Source: Promethearchaeota archaeon
Lineage (GTDB): Archaea; Asgardarchaeota; Lokiarchaeia; Sigyniarchaeales; SOKP01
Length of the DNA: 64,000 bases
Direction of reading: 5' to 3'
Assembly (NCBI GenBank): GCA_011364925.1
Contig: RDOA01000012.1
Location: 15,048 to 79,047, forward strand
Under the pieces are notes generated by a model. The model had not been told where the DNA came from and ran no database searches. It saw only the letters and a list, made by a program, of their open reading frames with translations. The translations under genes were made by a program, and so were the position numbers. This document shows, piece by piece, positions 26,877 to 36,846 of this stretch (positions within the stretch are counted from its first letter, which is position 1; the number at the start of each line of letters is the position of its first letter).

Positions 26877-27626
26877 ATGTCCTCTAACTTTCAAATAGAT
26901 ATCACATCTATAGGTTTAAAAGCGAATTACTTATACGAAATCTTAGCCACTACATTTTCGATAGAAAATAACCAAATAATTCCTAATACTGCAAGTATGG
27001 GTATTAGGTTGGTAGATAAGCAAACTATAACTATTTGGCCTTATCAAAATACAACTACTTATAAGAATATAGAAAACAACAAACTTCTCGTAATAAACCT
27101 TGTTGATGATGTGTATCTATATGCAATTGCGTCTTTAAAAAATTATTTCGTCCCTAAAGTTAATAGAGGTTTGACAGAAGATTATTATAATTATTCTACT
27201 ATTATTGTTGAAGATAAGGATAAGGACATAGTTAAGAAAGTTATGTCGATAGATTCTATTCACATTCCTTATTTAAAACAAGCGTGGGCTATTATTGCTT
27301 GTGTAACAACCAACAAGGTTAAAATCCAAAAATTCGATGATTTAGGCAAATCAGAGGTAATTGAAATTAGTTTAAAGGTAATTCATTACGAACAATTCCG
27401 AGAATCTTATAAATTATATAACAGAGCCGAGAATTTGGCTTTGGAAACTATAATTTTAGCTACTAAATTAAATGTTGCCATAGAAAAAAAAGACGAGGTC
27501 TTAATTGGAACTATTAAAACCAAAATAGAAGAGAATACCAGTAATATAAACAGATTTGGAAAAAATTTGAGTGCCTTGAAGGCGATTGAGCTTGTTCACA
27601 ATTACATAAAAGGATTCGGAGTCTAG
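26877..27626 (+). CDS. DUF447-like split-barrel protein (tentative)
   Basis: YEILATT......IPNTASMGIRL......I.PY.NT.TY.NI......VINLVDDV resembles the DUF447 N-terminus. Neighbourhood of H4MPT genes. Confidence 0.45.
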   Translation: MSSNFQIDITSIGLKANYLYEILATTFSIENNQIIPNTASMGIRLVDKQTITIWPYQNTTTYKNIENNKLLVINLVDDVYLYAIASLKNYFVPKVNRGLTEDYYNYSTIIVEDKDKDIVKKVMSIDSIHIPYLKQAWAIIACVTTNKVKIQKFDDLGKSEVIEISLKVIHYEQFRESYKLYNRAENLALETIILATKLNVAIEKKDEVLIGTIKTKIEENTSNINRFGKNLSALKAIELVHNYIKGFGV

Positions 27627-28018
27627 CTTATATTGCTTATTTTTTCAATGAACATCAAGGGATAGTTAAGTTCTTCGACCCACTCTACTTTTGCGGTTAT
27701 TTGAACATTTTTAAACTCAAGAACGACTATCGCGGATATTAAATTTCCAGAGATTTCGTCATAATCAAATTCACTCTCTTTTTTACCCTTAATTCTGTCC
27801 CAATCGAGATTGATTTTAACCGATTTCACGTAAGGTTGACATGAGATTGACGCTTCGATACCTTTTTCTATTGATTCAACAATTTCTCTATTCGATGAGA
27901 TTGGTAGCCCACTTAAAATGTGATAAAGAGCTCCTAATTTTATACCAACTTCAAAACAGGCTCGTTCTCTATCGGATATATCAGAAGAAAAATAAGAGTT
28001 TTCATTTCCTTTCGACAT
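27623..28018 (-). CDS. Archaeal-type dihydroneopterin aldolase (MptD/COG2098-like, tentative)
   Basis: 131 aa. ERACFEVGIKLGALYHILSGLPIS matches my recollection of the MptD family core. Abuts the beta-RFAP synthase gene. Confidence 0.5.
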   Translation of the reverse strand: MSKGNENSYFSSDISDRERACFEVGIKLGALYHILSGLPISSNREIVESIEKGIEASISCQPYVKSVKINLDWDRIKGKKESEFDYDEISGNLISAIVVLEFKNVQITAKVEWVEELNYPLMFIEKISNIS

Positions 28019-29085
28019 TAATTCTCATCTACAAATTCAATTTTTGCTCCATCATTATTTGGCTTGCATAAGTAGATATGTCCACTTCTACCGTTAAAGT
28101 GCATCTGAACATCTCTTAGAAGTTTATTTGCCTCCTCTTCAGATTCGACAATCCCAACTACACTTGGACCAAAAGAAGACATACCATACGCTTTTACTCC
28201 ATATTCTTTAAAGAAAGCGAGAGCGTTTTTTACGATTTCATGCTGTAAAGAAATCTCAATTTTTTTGAATCCTATGTTCTGTATTCTATTTAAACCTTCA
28301 CCAAAGCATTTTAAATCCTTTTTAATGATTCCTGGTACAATTTTCATTAGAATTTGGTGCGAAACTTCATTAACTTCTTCTTTTGGGATGGGAGCATGAC
28401 TTTGAAATATACTAATTTCTTCGTCACCATACGCTCCCTTCTTAACATTAGGTATTACTAGTACGAATCTCCAATGCTCTGGAATAGGATATCTTAAGAT
28501 TGTAAGGGCAGGATTAGCTTCTTTTGACGCTGAGGAAGGTAAAAATGTTTCCTTTTCTTTTCCAAACCCGAATTCATGACCCGCATCGACTATAAAACCA
28601 CCTCTTTCGAATCCCCTCCAACCAATGCCTGAAGTTCCACCTCGATTAACAAGTTTGGTTAAATCTATAATTGAGACATCATCAATCTTTTTCAATTTAG
28701 TAATCGCTACAGCAATAGCCAAGGATAGTTGAGTTTTTGATCCTAATCCTACATGGCTTGGAAAATATCTTTTAAGGTTAAAGTGAAAGTTTTTATTATT
28801 TACATTGAATGCTTTAAATATTTTCGACGCTTGTTCATTAATTACTTCGATTGATTCGCGGTAATACTTATGAGCTTCAATCTTAAATTCTTCTGCATGG
28901 TTTGTTGCTTCAAAGATGACATTTGGTCGATCTAGCATTAGACCAATTCCACCATCGACTCTACCGGTGTATCCGTTTTCATCTATTAATGATAAATGGA
29001 TTCTACATGGTGTTGTAATTCTAATTTTTACCATTTCAAACGAAGAATTATATAAATTCAGAACTATGAATAGGAATTCTTTCAA
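28018..29085 (-). CDS. mptG: Beta-ribofuranosylaminobenzene 5'-phosphate synthase (MptG, GHMP-kinase fold)
   Basis: VKIRITTPCRIHLSLIDENGYTGRVDGGIGLMLD and the GHMP motif PSHVGLGSKTQLSLA. The true start is probably the internal Met at about 29034 (MVKIRIT). Confidence 0.75.
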   Translation of the reverse strand: MKEFLFIVLNLYNSSFEMVKIRITTPCRIHLSLIDENGYTGRVDGGIGLMLDRPNVIFEATNHAEEFKIEAHKYYRESIEVINEQASKIFKAFNVNNKNFHFNLKRYFPSHVGLGSKTQLSLAIAVAITKLKKIDDVSIIDLTKLVNRGGTSGIGWRGFERGGFIVDAGHEFGFGKEKETFLPSSASKEANPALTILRYPIPEHWRFVLVIPNVKKGAYGDEEISIFQSHAPIPKEEVNEVSHQILMKIVPGIIKKDLKCFGEGLNRIQNIGFKKIEISLQHEIVKNALAFFKEYGVKAYGMSSFGPSVVGIVESEEEANKLLRDVQMHFNGRSGHIYLCKPNNDGAKIEFVDEN

Positions 29086-29127
29086 TAATTTAAATGTGTT
29101 ATAATTATCAATTCCGAATTTATAGCT

Positions 29128-31278
29128 TCAAAAGCCGGAAAATATTAAAAATCCAAAACGTATAATCCCTCCAATCAAAATAGCCAACCCTACTTCTAAA
29201 ATTGCGATTTGGGCAGCATATTTCCAGTTTGTTTGCTTTGCGATTAAAATTATTGTAGCAAAGCAAGGTATGTATAACATCGTAACAAGGCTAAACACAA
29301 TCATCTGGACGGGAGATAATAATACTATAAGGCTACTGTTTAAAGAATTAGCTAAAACTGATAATAAAACTAATGTTAACTCCTTCCTCAAAATTCCGTA
29401 TATTAAAAACACCCCAGTTATAGAGGGTAAACCCAACCATAAAAACGTAACAGGATATAAAATGGTATTTATCGGCTCTAAAGCGTTAAATATCAAAAGA
29501 ATTTCTAACACTATTCCAAGAATTATTATTATAGGTAAAGCTTTAAATATGAATTCTTTAGAGCGAACCCATGTTTGCTTAATGATAACTTTAAAGTTAG
29601 GTACTCGATACTCGTGCATTTCCATTATTAATTCTGTACATTGTCCTGGTAGTGTTTTATTCAACAATTTTCCGACTATAAAAATAACAGTGAAATTAAT
29701 GATAAACAAAATAAGAATCCAATAAAAACCTAAATATCGTCCCACTAAACCTAACACAACAGTCATTGTTGCAGCGCAGGGTATAAGAGAAGTAAGAGCG
29801 ACAGAAATTTTTTTTTCACGTTCAGTCTCCATTATTCTACATCCGGCACATGCAGGAACATTACACCCAAATCCTAAGATCATCGGAATTATCGTTTTAC
29901 CATGAACTCCAAGGGAATGCATTACTCTATCCATAAGAAATGCAGCTCTCGGTAAATATCCCGAATCTTGGAGAATTTCTATTACTAAAAAGAATGGAAT
30001 CACATAAACTAAAACACCTCCTATAGCTCCAAATAAACCTCCTAAGCCACCATCCCATATAATTTTAACCCAGATATTATTTTCACCAAAATTAGCATGT
30101 ATAAAATTACTCCATATTGTAAATCTATCATCAAGTAAGCCACCGAGGAAATCTCCAATAGAAAAAGTAAAAAAATATATCCCAAATATAACCAAGAGCA
30201 ATATTATATATCCAAAAATTGAATGCGTAGTTAGATGATCAATAAAATCTGAAACTGTTGTTCTTTTAACATTTTTCTTAGCTTTCGTTATTAGCACGAA
30301 ATCTACGACTTTCTTTATTTTATTATAGATTTCCGATGAAATTATAGTATTGATATCTTCACCATGTAGTTCTTCAAGTTGCTCTCTATAACCCTTAGAT
30401 AACTCTATAATCCTACTCCCTTCTTGATTTTCGGTAAATATTTTAAGAACCTCACTATCATTTTCAAGTAATTTTATCGCTAAAAACCTTGAGGGATAGT
30501 TACAAGATGAAAACTTCTGGGTGTATCTATCAATATTTTCAATTAATACTGATATCTTGAGCTCAACTTCTTTTCCAAAATTAGTAATTTCAAATAAATT
30601 TGGGAATTCAAAAGTTTTTTGGATATTTACTTTAGGATCACTTCTCTCGTGGATATGTTCGACTCGATAATAATGGTGGCCGTGATGACTTGAAGCTTTT
30701 GACCTTCTTCTCATATAATGGCTGTGAGGATGGCGATAAACTACAAGTTCAATTGCTTCTTCTAACAATTGATGAACTCCTGTTCCATGAACTGCAACCA
30801 ATGGAAGGACAGGAAGTTTAAATATTTTTTCTAATTCTTTAAAATCTAAATCAAGATTCCTCTTTCTTAGCAAATCCATTTGATTTATAGCTAAGATCAT
30901 TGGTATTTTTAGTTCTAGTAATTGAAAAGTGAAAAATAAATTCCTTTCCAGATTTGTAGCATCAATAACATTTATGATGAGGTCAACATCATCAGATACC
31001 ACATATTCTCTACTTACAATTTCTTCTAATGAATAAGTTGAAAGAGAATAAATACCAGGCAGATCAACAATATTAAAATGGTAGCCTAAAAAATCTAAAT
31101 AGCCTTCCATTTTTTCAACAGTTTTTCCAGGCCAATTTCCAATTGTTTGACTAAGTCCTGTAAGTTGATTGAATATAACTGATTTCCCAACATTTGGATT
31201 ACCTGCTAATGCGATGTTTATAGTGTTTTTGTTACTCTTTCCGTTCTTTGATTTATTGCTGGGCAAATGGCAACTCAT
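29128..31278 (-). CDS. feoB: Ferrous iron transporter FeoB
   Basis: G-domain motifs IALAGNPNVGKSVIFNQLTG, DLPG and NQMD, followed by a polytopic gate domain. His-rich insert after the G-domain. Confidence 0.9.
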   Translation of the reverse strand: MSCHLPSNKSKNGKSNKNTINIALAGNPNVGKSVIFNQLTGLSQTIGNWPGKTVEKMEGYLDFLGYHFNIVDLPGIYSLSTYSLEEIVSREYVVSDDVDLIINVIDATNLERNLFFTFQLLELKIPMILAINQMDLLRKRNLDLDFKELEKIFKLPVLPLVAVHGTGVHQLLEEAIELVVYRHPHSHYMRRRSKASSHHGHHYYRVEHIHERSDPKVNIQKTFEFPNLFEITNFGKEVELKISVLIENIDRYTQKFSSCNYPSRFLAIKLLENDSEVLKIFTENQEGSRIIELSKGYREQLEELHGEDINTIISSEIYNKIKKVVDFVLITKAKKNVKRTTVSDFIDHLTTHSIFGYIILLLVIFGIYFFTFSIGDFLGGLLDDRFTIWSNFIHANFGENNIWVKIIWDGGLGGLFGAIGGVLVYVIPFFLVIEILQDSGYLPRAAFLMDRVMHSLGVHGKTIIPMILGFGCNVPACAGCRIMETEREKKISVALTSLIPCAATMTVVLGLVGRYLGFYWILILFIINFTVIFIVGKLLNKTLPGQCTELIMEMHEYRVPNFKVIIKQTWVRSKEFIFKALPIIIILGIVLEILLIFNALEPINTILYPVTFLWLGLPSITGVFLIYGILRKELTLVLLSVLANSLNSSLIVLLSPVQMIVFSLVTMLYIPCFATIILIAKQTNWKYAAQIAILEVGLAILIGGIIRFGFLIFSGF

Positions 31279-31349
31279 TCTTAACTAACCTTTTAGAATG
31301 TTCTAAAATTTAGATAGATTTCACATAAATTTACATTTTATAGCAAGAA

Positions 31350-31688
31350 TCAGTTTTTACAAGCTCTGTTGCATTCTACTATAATTTTTGAAGCTAGTCC
31401 CCTGCCTATGACTAAAGCCGAACCTTTTACGATTATTTCTAAGGGTCCTTTAAACGGAGCATTTTTAGTTTTAGTAATTTTTACTCCTGGTACAACCCCA
31501 AGATTTGCAAGTCGAGTTTTTGCATTACGACCTGCGTTAACGCGTAATACAACGACTTCCTCACCTTTTTCACATTCTGTTAAACATTTAACTAGAGGGG
31601 TTCCATTAGCTTGGTTTTCTTTGTTTTGAATTGATTTCTGTAACATTTTCATATTCAAACCTTTATATAATATATCAATTGAAACCAT
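31350..31688 (-). CDS. feoA: FeoA-domain protein
   Basis: GEEVVVLRV......RLANLGVVPGVKI......GPLEIIVKGSALVIGRGLASKIIV is a FeoA SH3-like domain. Lies immediately upstream of feoB. The start is probably an internal Met. Confidence 0.7.
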   Translation of the reverse strand: MVSIDILYKGLNMKMLQKSIQNKENQANGTPLVKCLTECEKGEEVVVLRVNAGRNAKTRLANLGVVPGVKITKTKNAPFKGPLEIIVKGSALVIGRGLASKIIVECNRACKN

Positions 31689-31981
31689 TTAAATTTTTTA
31701 GTTATATTTAATTATGTTTGAAATTTCTCTTAAAAATGAAAAGTAAACCTTAATTACATCTCAACTAGTCGCGATAATTGAATAAATTAAATATTTAATC
31801 AGAGATTTATTAGAAAATATTCTAACTCTTTTTCGTTATTACCTTCACACTTTATTAAGAAGCAACATTATTTGCTTTTTTTCATCATATTTCGATTCCA
31901 GATCAATTAAGTTGCTAATTTCAATCCCATTTTTAGGTTCTCCTAATTATTTACTTTTTGAATGCTAAGATGGTTCATTAT

Positions 31982-33094
31982 TTATTTCAAAAAGTAGTCA
32001 AATAAAAGGAGTATAAATTCCATTATAAAAATAAAACTGAGCAAAATTTCAAGGTATAATAGGAATTTTTCATTGATATTAGTTTGAGTAACACTATATA
32101 TATTTTCAAGCGTTTCCAAACTAAATCGTATACTTTTACTCCACTGTTCTAATTGAAATAAGTCAGATAAATGTCTATATATTTCAGCTAAATAATAATC
32201 TCCAATTAATTTTGAGACGTTTTCAATATTTTGTAGTAAAAATAATAAATCATATCTTAATCTAATTAAACGTCCTAATTTCTTTTTTAATCTTCTAAAT
32301 AAACTTCGACTTCTAAAATAAATTTTACGGATATCTTCTTCTGCTATTGCTAACCTTCTATCTAAAAGCTTGTGTATTGCTCGTAATTCAAGTAATTGAT
32401 AGTTTGCAATCTCAACAACAAGCAATATATCGTCATAATCTAAACTTGGATCAATAATTAGACATCTATCAAAATCAAAGACTAGATAATCTTTTTTCAA
32501 AAATGAAAAAGTCTTTTTAAATGTATTATCAATTTGTTCTTTACTGAGATTTAATTCAGGGTTTTCTCCCATAAGTAAAGCAGAAATATAATTCTTATTT
32601 TTCTCGACAAATTCTTTAGGGTTTCCAAGATCATCAGTTAAGCAATATAATGTGTATTTTTCATGTTCAGATTCACCAAATAGATAACCCTCTTCACCAA
32701 TGCAATCTCTTATTTGCTTATACACTTTATTATGATGATATTTTAAAAAATTGTTTATTTGAAATTTACCATCATCAGTATTAAATGCGATTTTTTTCAA
32801 TTTATGTAGCTCATTTAGAGGTAAATTGTGAAAATCAATCCTTGCAATCAAAGAAATTACGCCTTCTGCATAGATCTTAACATTTAATGATATTTTTTCA
32901 ATATTTTTTAGTTCAGAAGTTATCTTCTGAGTAACTTCTAAATTTAATGGATCAGGAAAATCAACGTACGCAGGTGTGTCTTTAGTTTTGATAATCTTTT
33001 TATCTTGGATAGCAGGAATCAGAGTAGTAGCTTTTTTCAAGTCTATATTACGACCAACATCAGTTAAACGTAAAAAAATTAGTTCTCCGTTCAA
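31982..33094 (-). CDS. Hypothetical protein with C-terminal membrane helix
   Basis: 370-aa ORF with a hydrophobic tail (LLYLEILLSFIFIMEFILLLF). Family not recognised. Confidence 0.4.
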   Translation of the reverse strand: MNGELIFLRLTDVGRNIDLKKATTLIPAIQDKKIIKTKDTPAYVDFPDPLNLEVTQKITSELKNIEKISLNVKIYAEGVISLIARIDFHNLPLNELHKLKKIAFNTDDGKFQINNFLKYHHNKVYKQIRDCIGEEGYLFGESEHEKYTLYCLTDDLGNPKEFVEKNKNYISALLMGENPELNLSKEQIDNTFKKTFSFLKKDYLVFDFDRCLIIDPSLDYDDILLVVEIANYQLLELRAIHKLLDRRLAIAEEDIRKIYFRSRSLFRRLKKKLGRLIRLRYDLLFLLQNIENVSKLIGDYYLAEIYRHLSDLFQLEQWSKSIRFSLETLENIYSVTQTNINEKFLLYLEILLSFIFIMEFILLLFDYFLK

Positions 33095-33212
33095 AACAAA
33101 ATTTACCTTGATTAAATAAAAATTTTGTATCTAGTTGAATATACAGATTTTTTACTTTTTAAAAAATTTTTTTACTTTAGAAATCTCATTATTTAATATA
33201 AATTAATGTAGT

Positions 33213-34625
33213 TTGATTTATGCACTGAAGGTTTTATTTTTGAGTGATTTAGAAGGTTTGACAAGAAGATTGTTAATACAAAATAAATCTGAAGAAGAAA
33301 TTCTTAAAAGATTAGTTCAAGAATACATCGATTTTAAGGATATTAGTGAGGAGCTAGCATATAGGTTTGCAGAAGCAATCTTAGCAGAGTGCAAGGAAAG
33401 CGATATATCTCATGTTACAGAACCTTTTATTAGAGATCTTCTAGGAATAAATAAGGCTAACGTGACGGTAGGGAAACAAGGTGTTGGATGTCGAGGTGTA
33501 GGAGATTTTTTTGTTCATAAATTAATAGCAAATTTATCAGAGACTAAAAAACAACCTTTTTTATCTCCAACTTCTTTGGATGACGCTGGAGCAGTTAAAT
33601 TGGGGGATTTAGAAAGAAAGGATGAAATTATAATCGTTTCTAAAATGGAGGGTATTCACAGTCGATTGAGTGATTTTCCTTTTATCTGTGGATTTCACGT
33701 TACTCGAGCGTGTCTACGAGATTTGTATGTAAAAGGAGCAGAACCTTTTTCGATTATGGTTGATGTACATTTAGCTGATGATGCTGATGTGGGAAAATTA
33801 TTTGACTTTATAGCAGGAGTTTCCACGGTTGCTGAATTATCAGGTGTACCTATAACTGCCGGTTCTACACTTAGAATCGGGGGAGATATGGTTATTGGAA
33901 ATAGGTTAGTAGGAGGGATTAGCGCAGTAGGAATCGCTCGAAATCAATTATTGGCAAGACGCAATATTCAAGTTGGAGATAAAATATTGATGACTGAAGG
34001 GGCGGGAGGTGGAACAATAACCACTACAGCAATATATTCGGGAAACCATAATGTTGTAACCGAGACAATGAATATAAAGTTCCTTGAAGCTTGTAAGACA
34101 ATTTTAAATTCGAATTACATCAATGAAATTCATGCTATGTGTGACGTGACGAACGGAGGTCTTAGAGGTGATCTCTATGAAATAAACTATGAAGCTAAAG
34201 CGGGTGTAACAATCTACGAGAAAAATGTCCGAAATCTTGTTAATCCTAAGGTTCTGGAACTATTAGAAAAACAGGGAGTTGATTATTTGGGTGTGTCTCT
34301 TGATGCTCTTTTGATTTATTGTCCAGAAAGCGTTTCAGAACAAATAATTAATGATTTAACAGCCCAGAATATTAGTTGCTCTGAAATCGGGTATGTTGAT
34401 GATTCTAACCAAGTAAACATGGTTTTTGAAGGGGAAGAAAAAAAATTAATACTCCCCCAATTCCGAGAATCTGCCTATACCAGAATTAAACAAGAAATAG
34501 GAAATGGAACTCCTGAAATGATTCAAGAAATGGAAATGAAGATTGAAAAAGCTGCTTCCGAAGCTTTGAAAAAGAAGGAAAGAATTACCGAATATATTAA
34601 AAATAAAAGTTTAAAAATAGAGTAG
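33213..34625 (+). CDS. AIR synthase-related (PurM/ThiL/HypE/SelD superfamily) protein
   Basis: DDAGAV, DVHLADDAD, GDMVIGNRLVGGISAVG, and MCDVTNGGLRGD. No ATG occurs before the conserved DDAGAV, so a TTG or GTG start is implied and the start coordinate is uncertain. Confidence 0.7.
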   Translation: MIYALKVLFLSDLEGLTRRLLIQNKSEEEILKRLVQEYIDFKDISEELAYRFAEAILAECKESDISHVTEPFIRDLLGINKANVTVGKQGVGCRGVGDFFVHKLIANLSETKKQPFLSPTSLDDAGAVKLGDLERKDEIIIVSKMEGIHSRLSDFPFICGFHVTRACLRDLYVKGAEPFSIMVDVHLADDADVGKLFDFIAGVSTVAELSGVPITAGSTLRIGGDMVIGNRLVGGISAVGIARNQLLARRNIQVGDKILMTEGAGGGTITTTAIYSGNHNVVTETMNIKFLEACKTILNSNYINEIHAMCDVTNGGLRGDLYEINYEAKAGVTIYEKNVRNLVNPKVLELLEKQGVDYLGVSLDALLIYCPESVSEQIINDLTAQNISCSEIGYVDDSNQVNMVFEGEEKKLILPQFRESAYTRIKQEIGNGTPEMIQEMEMKIEKAASEALKKKERITEYIKNKSLKIE

Positions 34626-34628
34626 TGT

Positions 34629-35375
34629 TTGATTTTGTTAGTCAAATTTTTAGGTACAAATGGTTGGTATTCCACATTCAGTAATACTACTTGTACTTTA
34701 ATCGATTCGGATAATTATTACATTGTCTTCGATGCTGGAGATGGAATATATAAATTAGATAATTATATTCAAGAAATTAAACCTATAATTATATTTCTTA
34801 GTCATACGCATCTTGATCACATTATTGGATTACATATTTTAAGTAAATTTAGATTCAAACAAGAAGTTAAAATTTATGGGTATAAAGGAACTAGAAATGC
34901 TTTAAACACTCTTTTAAACCATCCATTCACCACAGCTTTATCCGATTTACCCAGTAAGATTGAAATCTGTGATTTCAAGGAAGGTATACATAATAATCCA
35001 TTAAATTTTACAAGTAAAAAGCTTATTCATTCAGATGTTTGTGTTGGTTTTAAAATTAATATAGAAAATAGAATAATTTCATATTGTACCGATACAGGTG
35101 TGTGTGATAACTTGTATTCATTGTCAGAAAATGCTGATTTATTAATTAGCGAATGTTCATATAAACCTGGACAGGAGAAATGGGGTTGGCCTCATCTTAA
35201 ACCCGAGGAGATTGCTCTTGTAGCAAAAAACTCTAATGTTCAGCAGCTAATTCTTACTCATTTTGACGCTAGTATTTTTCTATCTATGGAAGAACGAAAA
35301 AGAACCGTTAAAAAGGCAAAAAAGATTTTTCCACAAACAATTGCCGCTTATGATGGATTAGAATTGACATTATAA
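34629..35375 (+). CDS. Metallo-beta-lactamase-fold hydrolase (RNase Z/BN-like)
   Basis: FDAGDG, LSHTHLDHIIGL (HxHxDH), and LTHF. Confidence 0.8.
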   Translation: MILLVKFLGTNGWYSTFSNTTCTLIDSDNYYIVFDAGDGIYKLDNYIQEIKPIIIFLSHTHLDHIIGLHILSKFRFKQEVKIYGYKGTRNALNTLLNHPFTTALSDLPSKIEICDFKEGIHNNPLNFTSKKLIHSDVCVGFKINIENRIISYCTDTGVCDNLYSLSENADLLISECSYKPGQEKWGWPHLKPEEIALVAKNSNVQQLILTHFDASIFLSMEERKRTVKKAKKIFPQTIAAYDGLELTL

Positions 35376-35423
35376 CATGATCTAGATATTAGAAAGAATT
35401 TTATTTGTAATCAATTAATAATT

Positions 35424-35634
35424 TATCGGGAAATTTATTCAAAAAATAATGAAACAAGAAATTGGAGAAGGTACACCTCACCAAAAAGATGATATGGAAA
35501 AAGTGATTGGTATAGTTGCTAAAAAATCGTCAGAAAAACGAAATAGCATGATAAATTATATTAAAAACATTCAATTTAAAAAAATAAAAAAAAGAATAGA
35601 AGTTTTAATAATTCTTGACTTTATATTTCTGTAA
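35424..35634 (+). pseudogene. Degenerate duplicate of the 3' end of the AIR synthase-related gene
   Basis: YREIYSK in one frame, then KQEIGEGTP..M.......K.S.EKR....YIKN, parallels FRESAYTRIKQEIGNGTPEM....A.KKKERITEYIKN at 34461-34610. A frame change and missing N-terminal domains point to a relic. Confidence 0.4.
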
Positions 35635-36642
35635 TTTGAAGATTTTATAGAAATCTTCTATGGTTGTTAGACATACTATCACTATTAAAGCAACGAAACC
35701 TAGCCTATATATATTATAGAATTCTACTGGAATTCCCACTTGAATCCATGGTTCTGAGAAGTAAGGAAATATCTCAGGTCGGTTCATTAAATATAAAAGC
35801 AGTGGAATCCATAAGAATTTAACAGCTATTATGAAGCCATGAAGTATTTGATGAGTTTCTGGTTTTCTATTACCAATAATTCCACGAGCAATATCCAAAA
35901 TACATTCGAAAATCAAAAGTAAACCAGCAAATCTGAGAGCTACTAAGAAGTCAGAGATAAACATAAATGTTGGGAACGGCTGAAAAAGCAATAAAACCCC
36001 GAATATTAAGCCAATGCTAGCAGCAATGACTTCACCAATAGGCTTAATAAATGGTTTTAAAGGTTTAGCTGTTATTTCTGATACAGTCAAACCTGCTTCC
36101 TCAGATTTTTCTTGTTCTGACTTAAGTAATCTTTGCTTTTTCTTAGATTTAAAATCTTCTGGGAAATACCCCTCCATGGATAAAACTACAAATATAATTG
36201 ATATTATAACAAATGATGCCAGTAAACCCATTTGGATCCCTGTGACAAATCCATCAATTAACAGTTCCCATGAGATAACCTCGGTTAAGATGCTAGCAAT
36301 CATTCCCACTAAATTAAGAGTAATTATTACTGCAAATACAATTCCTAACACTCGAGTATATACAGGCCACATTTGTTTAGTAATATATACCTTTGGATCT
36401 CCACGTCGCTTGTACTTTTTTGCAATACTCTGAGGAGTGCCCATCTGAGCGATGGCTTTTCTTACTGATTGTTCGGTAGTTTGCTCTGTCTCCGATATTT
36501 CTGCAGCTTTTTGCCATATATGCTTTTCTAGTTCGGCTAATATTTCTTTATGTTCACTTTTATCTTTTAACCAATCAGGAAAAGATTTCTTCACTTTCTT
36601 CATAAATTCTTTAACTAATTCTTCTTGATTTTGTTGATTCAT
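35605..36642 (-). CDS. Membrane protein with N-terminal HAAS/DUF1700-like domain (paralog 1)
   Basis: The N-terminus (F..V...LPDWLK.....IL.ELE.HI.........QSV..AI.QMGTPQSIAKKY) is typical of PadR-associated HAAS sensors. It is followed by about six TM helices. Confidence 0.55.
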   Translation of the reverse strand: MNQQNQEELVKEFMKKVKKSFPDWLKDKSEHKEILAELEKHIWQKAAEISETEQTTEQSVRKAIAQMGTPQSIAKKYKRRGDPKVYITKQMWPVYTRVLGIVFAVIITLNLVGMIASILTEVISWELLIDGFVTGIQMGLLASFVIISIIFVVLSMEGYFPEDFKSKKKQRLLKSEQEKSEEAGLTVSEITAKPLKPFIKPIGEVIAASIGLIFGVLLLFQPFPTFMFISDFLVALRFAGLLLIFECILDIARGIIGNRKPETHQILHGFIIAVKFLWIPLLLYLMNRPEIFPYFSEPWIQVGIPVEFYNIYRLGFVALIVIVCLTTIEDFYKIFKLQKYKVKNY

Positions 36643-36846
36643 ATTTATTACCTCGTGATTTTAATTAGCGTTCAATATTATGCCTATAAACATCGCAAAA
36701 TAGAAGTTCGTTATTAGAGAGATTTGATTAATAAGTTCAATTAAGATAGAAGATATAGCGATCTAGTTTTAGATTTACATTTACATTAAATAGGGGAGCT
36801 AAAGCTTCTATTAATTTAGAAAAAATCCCTCTAAATAGTTGAATAC

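Noticed and set aside
29270-29725. 151-aa + strand ORF inside feoB. The same applies to 36014-36433, 43417-44043, 45340-45648, 45806-46274, 56180-56943, 57189-58091, 52222-52470 and 52948-53232.
   Set aside because: All are embedded antisense in longer ORFs that carry clear family motifs. These are typical shadow ORFs of AT-rich genomes.
31860-31882. Hairpin AAGCAA-cattat-TTGCTT followed by a T-run in the feoA / 31982-33094 intergenic region
   Set aside because: Its orientation fits a + strand terminator, but there is no + strand gene upstream and both neighbours are on the minus strand. The short 6-bp A/T-rich stem is likely fortuitous.
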